This document shows, piece by piece, positions 53,901 through 64,000 of a stretch of 64,000 nt of DNA. The notes beneath the pieces are model-generated. The model was not told where the DNA came from. It ran no database searches and worked only from the letters and a program-made list of their open reading frames with translations. The DNA lies in assembly GCA_964016885.1 (NCBI GenBank), contig OZ024740.1:12028001-12092000 (forward strand), in the 5' to 3' direction. Source of the stretch: Eledone cirrhosa. Lineage: Eukaryota. Both the position numbers and the translations under genes were made by a program. How positions within the stretch are numbered: the stretch's first letter is position 1; the number at the start of each line of letters is the position of its first letter.

Positions 53901-56725
53901 CCAGCACTAATACTTTACAGTGTGGACTGGGTGTATTTTACCATGACACCAGCGCTAATACTATACATCGTGGACTGGGTGTATTTTACCATGACACCAG
54001 CACTAATACTATACAGTTTGGACTGGGTATATTTTACCATGACACCAGCACTAATACTATACTGTGTTGACTGGGTGTATTTTACCATGACACCAGCACT
54101 AATACTATACAGTGTGGACTGGGTGTATTTTATCATGACACCAGCACTAATACTATACAATGTGGACTGGGTGTATTTTACCATGACACCAGCACTAATA
54201 CTTTACAGTGTGAACTGGGTGTATTTTACCATGACACCAGCACTAATACTTTACAGTGTGGCCTGGGTGTATTTTACCATGACACTGGCACTAATACTAT
54301 ACAATGTGGACTGGGTGTATTTTACCATGACACCGGCACTAATACTATACAGTGTGGACTGGGTGTATTTTACCATGACACCAGCACTAATACTTTACAG
54401 TGTGGACTGGGTGTATTTTACCATGACACCAGCACTAATACTATACAATGTGGACTGGGTGTATTTTACCATGACACCAGCACTAATACTTTACAGTGTG
54501 GACTGGGTGTATTTTACCATGACACCGGCACTAATACTATACAGTGTGGACTGGGTGTATTTTACCATGACACCAGCACTAATACTTTACAGTGTGGACT
54601 GGGTGTATTTTACCATGACACCGGCACTAATACTATACAGTGTGGACTGGGTGTATTTTACCATGACACCAGCACTAATACTTTACAGTGTGGACTGGGT
54701 ATATTTTACCATGACACCAGCACTGATACTTTACCGTGTGGACTGGGTGTATTTTACCATGACACCTGTACTAATACTATACAGTGTGTGCTGGGTATAT
54801 TTTACCATGACACCAGCATTAATAGTTTACAGTGTGGACTGGGTGTATTTTACCATGACACCAGCACTAATACTATACAGTGTGGACTGGGTGTATTTTA
54901 CCATGACACCACCACTAATACTTTACAGTGTGGACTGGGTGTATTTTACCATGACACAGCACTAATACTATACAATGTGGACTGGCTGTATTTTACCATG
55001 ACACAGCACTAATACTTTACAGTGTGGACTGGGTGTATTTTACCATGACACCAGCACTAATACTATACAATGTGGACTGGCTGTATTTTACCATGACAGC
55101 ACTAATACTTTACAGTGTGGACTGGATGTATTTTACCATGACACCAGCACTAATACTATACAGTGTGGCCTGGGTGTATTTTACCATTACACCAGCACTA
55201 ATACTATACTGTGTTGACTGGGTGTATTTTACCATGACACCAGCACTAATACTATACAGTGTGGACTGGGTGTATTTTACCATGACACCAGCACTAATAC
55301 TATACTGTGTTGACTGGGTGTATTTTACCATGACACTAGCACTAATACTTTACAATGTGGACTGGGTGTATTTTACCATGACACCAGCACTAATACTTTA
55401 CAGTGTGGACTGGGTGTATTTTACCATGACACCAGCACTAATACTATACTGTGTTGACTGGGTGTATTTTACCATGACACCAGCACTAATACTATACTGT
55501 GTTGACTGGGTGTATTTTACCATGACACCAGCACTAATACTTTACAGTGTGGACTGGGTGTATTTTACCATGACACCAGCACTAATACTTTACAGTGTGG
55601 ACTGGGTGTATTTTACCATGACACCAGCACTAATACTATACTGTGTTGACTGGGTGTATTTTACCATGACACCAGCACTAATACTATACTGTGTTGACTG
55701 GGTGTATTTTACCATGACACCAGCACTAATACTTTACAGTGTGGACTGGGTGTATTTTACCATGACACCAGCACTAATACTTTACAGTGTGGACTGGGTG
55801 TATTTTACCATGACACCAGCACTAATACTATACTGTGTTGACTGGGTGTATTTTACCATGACACCAGCACTAATACTATACTGTGTTGACTGGGTGTATT
55901 TTACCATGACACCAGCACTAATACTTTACAGTGTGGACTGGGTGTATTTTACCATGACACCAGCACTAATACTATACTGTGTTGACTGGGTGTATTTTAC
56001 CATGACACTAGCACTAATACTATACTGTGTGGACTGGGTGTATTTTACCATGACACTAGCACTAATACTATACAGTGTGGACTGGGTGTATTTTACCATG
56101 ACACCGGCACTAATACCTTACAATGTGGACTGGCTGTATTTTACCATGACACCAGCACTAATACTATACTGTGTTGACTGGGTGTATTTTACCATGACAC
56201 CAGCACTAATACTTTACAGTGTGGACTGGGTGTATTTTACCATGACACCAGCGCTAATACTATACAGTGTGGACTGGGTGTATTTTACCATGACACCAGC
56301 ACTAATACTATACTGTGTTGACTGGGTGTATTTTACCATGACACTAGCACTAATACTTTACAGTGTGGACTGGGTGTATTTTACCATGACACCGGCACTA
56401 ATACCTTACAATGTGGACTGGCTGTATTTTACCATGACACCAGCACTAATACTATACTGTGTTGACTGGGTGTATTTTACCATGACACCAGCACTAATAC
56501 TTTACAGTGTGGACTGGGTGTATTTTACCATGACACCAGCGCTAATACTATACAGTGTGGACTGGGTGTATTTTACCATGACACCAGCACTAATACTATA
56601 CTGTGTTGACTGGGTGTATTTTACCATGACACTAGCACTAATACTTTACAGTGTGGACTGGGTGTATTTTACCATGACACCGGCACTAATACCTTACAGT
56701 GTGGACTTTGTGTATTTTATATATA
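29925..56725. repeat. 48-bp satellite array (~27 kb, ~560 monomers) with higher-order duplications
   Basis: Unit gtgtggactgggtgtattttaccatgacaccagcactaatact(a/t)taca. Variant strings recur at offsets of 3714, 3426 and 4038 bp. Confidence 0.99.
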
Positions 56726-56921
56726 CCAGCGCAAGTGTTATGTTTCCATGTGGGTAGAGACAGACAGTGATGAGAGTGGCAGGGTGAGAGGATGGTGAAA
56801 GTGTTGCTTGCCATGGAAGAAGGAAAGATGGAGCAAGCGTGTGGGCCATGAAGACAGCTTTGAAGAGAGGTAAAGTAACATGCAGCTCATAATTGTTTGG
56901 GTGTGGTGTCCATATACATTT

Positions 56922-56924
<3 letters not shown>

Positions 56925-56970
<46 letters not shown>

Positions 56971-57667
56971 TATATATACACATATATATAACCATATATA
57001 TACACATATATATACACACACACATATATATATATATATCATCATCATCATCTATCTTCCACGCTCGCATGGGTTAGACGAGAATATGTATATATATATG
57101 TATATATATATGTATATATATATGTATATATATATATATATATGTATGTATATATATATATTAATTATCTTGTCTGACAAATGGGCTGGACGTTTCTGTA
57201 AGAATTGTCCAGTTTCTCAAAACCTTCAGTAATGGAATAATTATATTATGTAATTAAATGTAAATTTAAATAACTGAATATATATACATATATCATCATC
57301 ATCATATATGCATATATATATTTGTATGTATATATATGTATTTATATATATACAGTATATGTATATATATATATATAAATATATATATATCATCATCATC
57401 ATCATCGTTTAACGCCCCTCTTCCACGCTAGCATGGGTTTAGACGGTAATTGTCCCACTTGTGGCAAGATTGGTCGTCTAGCTCGTATAGGACTGTGTGG
57501 CACATTATCTGCGGCTGGATGCCCTTCCTAACACCAACCACATTTACAGTGTGGAACCACGTTTACATATATATATATGTATGTATATATATATGTATGT
57601 ATATATATGAATGTATATATATATGTATGTATATATATGTATATATATATATATGTTTGTATATATT

Positions 57668-57698
<31 letters not shown>

Positions 57699-57756
57699 AT
57701 ATATATCTAACCCATGCTAGCATGGAAGAACGGACGTAAAACGGTGACGATGATGA

Positions 57757-57826
<70 letters not shown>

Positions 57827-58092
57827 GTATCTATATATATGTGTGCGTATATATATATATATATATACATATATGTCCCACCCTTGCAAGCAGGGAAAAG
57901 CGGACGTAAAATGATGATGATGATGATGATGATGACATGTATGTATATATACAAATATATATGTATATATATATATATGTGTTTATATATATGTGTATAT
58001 ATATATATGTGTGTGTATGTGTAAGTGTGTATATATATATATGTGTGTATATATATATATGTGTGTGTATGTATATATATGTGTGTATATAT
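56925..58092. repeat. (TA)n-rich region with short SINE/RTE tail fragments in both orientations
   Basis: Tail pieces at ~57390-57560 (-), ~57707-57760 (+) and ~57875-57935 (+). Confidence 0.85.
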
Positions 58093-58369
58093 ACTGCTTC
58101 CCCTAAGGGAGTAAACTTCAGTCTACAGTACTCTTCTTTTATCCCCCTCCCTCCCCGACCAATACAATATAGTTTCATGTAGTTAATATCTTCAAAGAAT
58201 TTGTCTGTGGAAATCTAAAGGGAGGGAGTGTGGTGCCAGAATAGCACACTGCCACAGATACATGTTTGTGTAATATGTTGATAACAAAAGATGTGTAGAG
58301 GGTGGCGCTCAACCTAGCATTATCACAGTAACCTCTACACTTCTGGTAGCAATACATGCTTTCACCATA

Positions 58370-59586
58370 TCACCACCACCACCACCACCACTGCCTCCAC
58401 CACCACCACTGTCACTACTACTTCCACCACCACCACCACTGCCTCCACCACCACTGCCTCCACCACCACCACTGTCACTACTACTTCCACCATCACCACC
58501 GCTGCCTCCACCACCACCACTGCCACTACCACTACCCCCACCACCACCACTGCTTCCACCACCACTACTGCCACCACCACTGTCACTACTACTTCCACCA
58601 CCACCACCACTGCTACCACCGTCGCCACCACTGCCACCACCACTGCCGCCACCACTGCCCCCACCACCACCACTGCCTCCACCACCACTACCACCACCAC
58701 TACCACCAACACCACCACCATCACCGCCCCCGCTACCACTACCACTACCCCCACTACCACCACCACCGCTACTACCACAATTGCTACCACCACCACTACC
58801 ACCACTACCACCACCACCGCTACCACCACCACTACCACCACTACCGCCACCACCACTACCACCACTACCACCACCACCACTGCTCCCACCACCATCACTA
58901 CCATTACTACCACTACCACCACCACCACCACCACCACCACTACCACCACTACCACCACTACCACCACCACCACTGCCTCCACCACCACTACCACCACCAC
59001 CACCACTACCTCCACCACCACTACCTCCACTACCACCACCACGACAACCACCACCACCACCACCACCACTGCTACCACCACCACTACCACCACTACCACC
59101 ACCACTATCATCACCACCACCACCACCACCACCACCACTAACACCACCACTACCACCACCGCTACCACCACCACTACCACCACTACCGCCACCACCACTA
59201 CCACCACTACCACCACCACCACTGCTCCCACCACCACCACTGCCATTACTACCACCACCACCACTACCACCACCACCACCACCACCACAACCACCACAAC
59301 CACCACCACCATCACCACCACCACAACCACCACCACTATCACTGCCACCAAAACCACCACAACCACCACCACCACTACCACCACAACCACCACCACCATC
59401 ACCGCCACCACAACCACCACAACCACCGCCAACACAACCACCACAACCACCACCACCATCACCGCCACCACAACCACCACCACCACCACAAACACCACCA
59501 CCATCACCGCCACCACAACCACCACAACCACCACCACCTCAACCACCACAACCACCACCACCATCACCGCCACCACAACCACCACA
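58370..59586. repeat. Degenerate (CAC)n trinucleotide tract, ~1.2 kb
   Basis: Directly visible; yields poly-His, poly-Pro and poly-Val ORFs. Confidence 0.95.
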
Positions 59587-59670
59587 TGAATGGACCTGTA
59601 ATTTTTATCTAAAGACAATTTTTTCCAATTCCCTCCCACCGTCCCTTCAATCTATCTTACTTCTCATTCT

Positions 59671-59708
59671 TTCTTCTGATGAAGGACTAGCGTCCGAAAC
59701 GTTAAGAA
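59671..59708 (+). ncRNA. Minimal type I hammerhead ribozyme in a Penelope-like 3' remnant (~59590-59795)
   Basis: UUCUU-CUGAUGA-aGGAC(UAGC)GUCC-GAAA-CG-UU-AAGAA, with palindromic stem III (AACGUU). Followed by a T-rich tail and (TA)n. Confidence 0.75.
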
Positions 59709-59849
59709 CCTCCTCCATCTATATCAAGCGTTAACCTAATATATCCCTTCCATATACTGTACCGATTGTGTTGTTATTTCTATTTACTTTTACATATATA
59801 TATATATGTATATATATAAACCTATAGAAAGCTTATCAAGCAAAAGGTT

Positions 59850-60000
59850 TGGAGGAGCCTTTAGTTGTGCCAAGGACATGACATCCTCCCTAGTGCTGGT
59901 GCTTTATATGATAAAGTCACCAAGTACATGCTGTAAAGTGGTTGGTGTTGTAAGGGTATCCAGCTGTAGAAAGCTTGCCAAACAAGGGGCTAGGAGGACT
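59850..60000 (+). mobile_element. Degenerate SINE/RTE tail fragment
   Basis: agtgctggtg...ctgtaaagtggttggtgttgtaagggtatccagctgtagaaa. Confidence 0.65.
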
Positions 60001-60107
60001 CTTCAGTTTGTGTCAAAAGACTCAACTTATCCTTTGCATTCGATATGACCAAATTTAAGCAAAATACAGACCCCTCGACCTGTCTCGGAATTTAGTAGTC
60101 CCGCATC

Positions 60108-63100
60108 AGGACTGACTTAGTCTATGTAGACCTGTCTAACCCTTGTTAGCCCTATTTCAGTACTGACTTAGTCTATGTAGACCTATCTAACCCTTGTTAA
60201 CCCCACTCCAGTATTGACGTGGTCTATGTAGACCTGTCTAACCCTTGTTAGCCCTACTTCAGTACTGACCTGGTCTATGTAGTCCTGTCTGATGCTTGTT
60301 AGCCCTAATTCAGTACTGACGTGGTATATGTAGACCTGTCTAACCCTTGTTATGCCGACTCCAGTACTGACTAAGTGTATGTAGACCTGTCTAACCCTTG
60401 TTAGCCCTACTTCAGTAATGACCTGGTCTATGTAGACCTGTCTAACCCTTGTTAGCCCCACTCCAGTACTGACCTGGTCTGTGTAGTCCTGTCTGATCCT
60501 TGTTAGCCCCACTCCAGTACTGACCTGGTCTATGTAGTCCTGTCTGACCCTTGTTAGCCCTACTTCAGTACTGACTTAGTCTATGTAGACCTGTCTAAGC
60601 CTTGTTAGCCCTACTCCAGTACTGACTTAGTCTATGTAAACCTGTCTAAGCCTTGTTAGCCCTACTCCGGCACTGACCTGATCTATGTAAACCTGTCTAA
60701 CCCTTGTTAGCCCTACTCCAGTACTGACTTAGTCTATGTAGACTTGTCTAACCCTTGTTAGCTCTACTTCAGTAATGACTTAGTCTATGTAGACCTGTCT
60801 AACCATTGTTAGCCCTATATCAGTACTGACTTAATCTATGTAGACCTGTCTAACCCTTGTTAGCCCTACTTCAGTACTGACTTAGTCTATGTAGACCTGT
60901 CTAACCCTTGTTAGCCCTACTCCAGTACTGACTGGGTCGATATAGACCTGTCTAACCCTTGTTAGCCCTATTTCAGTACTGACTTAGTCATTGTAGACCT
61001 GTATAACCCTTGTTAGGCCTACTCCACTATTGACTTAGTCTATGTAGACCTATCTAACCCTTGTTAGCCCCACTCCAGTACTGACTTAGTGTATGTAGAC
61101 CTGTCTAACCCTTGTTAGCCCTACTTCAGTACTGACTTAGTCTATGTAGACCTGTCTAACCCTTGTTATCCCCACTCCAGTACTGACTTGGTCTATGTAG
61201 ACCTGTCTAACCCTTGCTAGCCCTACTTCAGGGTTGACTGGGTCAATGTAGACCTGTCTAACCCTTGTTAGCCCTATATCAGTACTGACTTAGTCTATGT
61301 AGACCTGTGAAACCCTTGTTAGGCCTACTTCAGTACTGACTTAGTCTATGTAGACCTCTCTAACCCTTGTTAGCCCTACTTCAGTACTGACTGGGTCGAT
61401 ATAGACCTGTCTAACAACTTGTTATCCCCACTCCAGTACTGACCTGGTCTATGTAGACCTATCTAACTCTTGTTAGCCCCACTCCAGTACAGACTTAGTG
61501 TATGGAGACCTGTCTAACCCTTGTTAGCCCTACTTCAGTACTGACTTAGTCTATGTAGACCTGTCTAACCCTTGTTAGCCCTACTCCAGTACTGACTGAG
61601 TCGATATAGACCTGTCTAACTCTTGTTAGCCCTACTTCAGTACTGACGTAGTCTATGTAGACCTGTCCAACCCTTGTTAGACATACTTCAGTACTGACCT
61701 GGACTATGTAGACCTGTATAACCCTTGTTAGCCCCACTCCAGTACTGAAGTGGTCTATGTAGACCTATCTAAACATTGTTAGCCCTACTTCAGTACTGAC
61801 TTAGTCTATGTAAAACTGTCTACCCTTGTTAGCCCTACTCTAGTCCTGACTGGGTCGATATAGACCTGTGTAACCCTGGTTAGCCCTACTTCAGTACTGA
61901 CTTAGTCTATGGAGACATATCTAACCTTTGTTAGCCTCACTCCAGTACTGACTTAGTGTATGTAGACCTGTCTAACCCTTGTTAGCCCTACTTCAGTATT
62001 GACTTAGTCTATGTAGACCTGTTTAAACCTTGTTAGCCCTACTCCAGTACTGACTGGGTCGATATAGACCTATCTAACCCTTGTTAGCCCTACTTCAGTA
62101 CTAACTTAGTCTATGTAGACCTGTCTAAACCTTGTTAGCCCTACTTCAGTACTGACTTAGTCTATGTAGACCTGTCTAACCCTTGCTAGCCCTATTTCAG
62201 TACTGACTTAGTCTATGTAGTCCTGTCTGACCCTTGTTAGCCCCACTCCAGTACTGAAGTTGTCTATGTAGACCTGTCTAAACATTGTTAGCCCTACTTC
62301 AGTACTGACTTAGTCTATGTAGACCTATCTAACCATTGTTAGCCTCACTCCAGTACTGATTTAGTGTATATAGACCTGTCTAACCCTTGTTAGCCCTACT
62401 TCAGTATTGACAGGGTCGATATAGACCTGTCTAATCCTTGCGAGCCCGACTTCAGTACTGACGTGGTCTATGTAGACCTGTCTACCCTTGTTAGCCCTAC
62501 TCCAGTACTGACTGGGTCGATATAGACCTGTCTAACCCTTGTTAGCCTTACTTCAGGGTTGACTGTGTCAATGTAGACCTGTCTAACCCATGTTAGCCCT
62601 ACTTCAGTACTTACTTAGTCTGTGTAAACCTGTCCAACCCTTGCTAGCCCTACTTCAGTACTGACTTAGTCTATGTAGACCTGTCTAACCCTTGTTAGCC
62701 CTACTCCAATACTGACTGGGTCGATATAGACCTGTCTAACCCTTGCTAGCCCTACTTCAGTACTGACTTAGTCTATGTAGACCTGTATAACCCTTGTTAG
62801 CCCTACTCCAGTACAGACTTAGTGTATGGAGACCTGTCTAACCCTTTTTAGCCCTACTTCAGGGTTGACTGGGTCAATGTAGACCTGTCTAACCCTTGTT
62901 AGCCCTACTTCAGGAGTGACATATTCTATGTAGAACTGTCTAACCCTTGTTAGCCCTACTTCAGTACTGACTTAGTCTATGTAGATGTGTATAACACTTC
63001 TTAGCCTACTCCAGTCCTGACTTAGTCTATGTAGACCTGTCTAACCCTTGTTAGCCCTACTCTAGTACTGACTTAATCTATGTAGACCTGTCTAACCCTT

Positions 63101-64000
63101 GTTAGCCCTACTGGAAGTACTAACTTAGTCTCTGTAGACCTGTCTAACCCTTGTTAGCCCTACTTCAGTACTGACTTAATCTATGTAGACCTGTATAACC
63201 CTTGTTAGCCCTACTCCAGTACTGACTTAGTCTATGTAGACCTATCTAATTCTTGTTAGCCTCACTCCAGAACAGACTTAGTGTATGTAGACCTGTCTAA
63301 CCCTTCTTAGCCCTACGTCAGTACTGACCTGGTTTATGTAGACCTGTCTAACCCTTGCTAGCCCTGCTTCAGTACTGACTTAGTCTATGTAGACCTGTCT
63401 AACCCTTGTTAGCCCTACTTTAGGGTTGACTGTGTCAATGTAGACCTGTCTAACCCTTCTTAGCCCTACTTCAGTACTGATTTAGTCTGTGTAGACAGTC
63501 TAACCCTTACTAGCCCTACTTCAGTACTGACTTAGTCTATGTAGTCCTGTCTGACCCTTGTTAGCCCCACTCCAGTACTGAAGTGGTCTATGTAGACCTG
63601 TCTAAACTTTGTTAGCCCTACTTCAGTACTGACTTAGTCTATGTAGAACTGTCTACCCATGTTAGCCCTACTCCAGTACTGACTGGGTCGATATAGACCT
63701 GTGTAACCCTTGTTAGCCCTACTTCAGTACTGACTTAGTCTATGTAGACCTGTCTAACCCTTGTTAGCCCTACTTCAGTACTGACTTAGTCTATGTAGAC
63801 CTGTCTAACCCTTGCTAGCCCTACTTCAGTACTGACTTAGTCTATGTAGTCCTATCTGACCCTTGTTAGCCCCACTCCAGTACTGAAGTATCTAACCCTT
63901 GCGAGCCCGACTTCAGTACTGACTTGGTCTATGTAGACCTGTCTAACCTTTGTTAGCCCTACTTCAGTAGTTACATAGTCTATGTAGAACTGTCTAACCC
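60108..64000. repeat. 51-bp satellite array (~75 or more copies, runs off the window end)
   Basis: Unit gtctatgtagacctgtctaacccttgttagccctacttcagtactgactta; the ORF track shows a 17-aa period. Confidence 0.98.

Noticed and set aside
29925-56725. CRISPR-like array
   Set aside because: Head-to-tail monomers with no unique spacers, no cas genes, and a eukaryotic context.
58356-59734. Poly-His, poly-Pro (formin/extensin-like) and poly-Val ORFs
   Set aside because: Degenerate (CAC)n is open in most frames, and no splice or domain context supports coding.

Overview
Repeat-dense, AT-rich eukaryotic DNA. The SINE/LINE tails and microsatellite load resemble an octopus or other cephalopod genome (inference only). 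About half the window is satellite DNA: a ~27 kb 48-bp array with 3.4-4.0 kb higher-order duplications, a 39-bp array and a 51-bp array. Other content is a near full-length but disabled L1/Tx1-type retrotransposon (- strand), a 5'-truncated RTE LINE with an open RT+PHD frame, several RTE, CRE and SINE fragments, and MITEs. A possible host gene is seen only as small - strand candidate exons. Two observations stand out. First, hammerhead-ribozyme motifs sit in short elements inside (TA)n tracts, two of them inside long foldbacks (Penelope-like pseudo-LTR architecture). Second, both large satellites appear to be amplified from adjacent segments of the 3' tail shared by the local RTE LINE and SINEs, and the apparent seed sits inverted next to the 48-bp array. 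The giant ORFs in the satellites are treated as artefacts.
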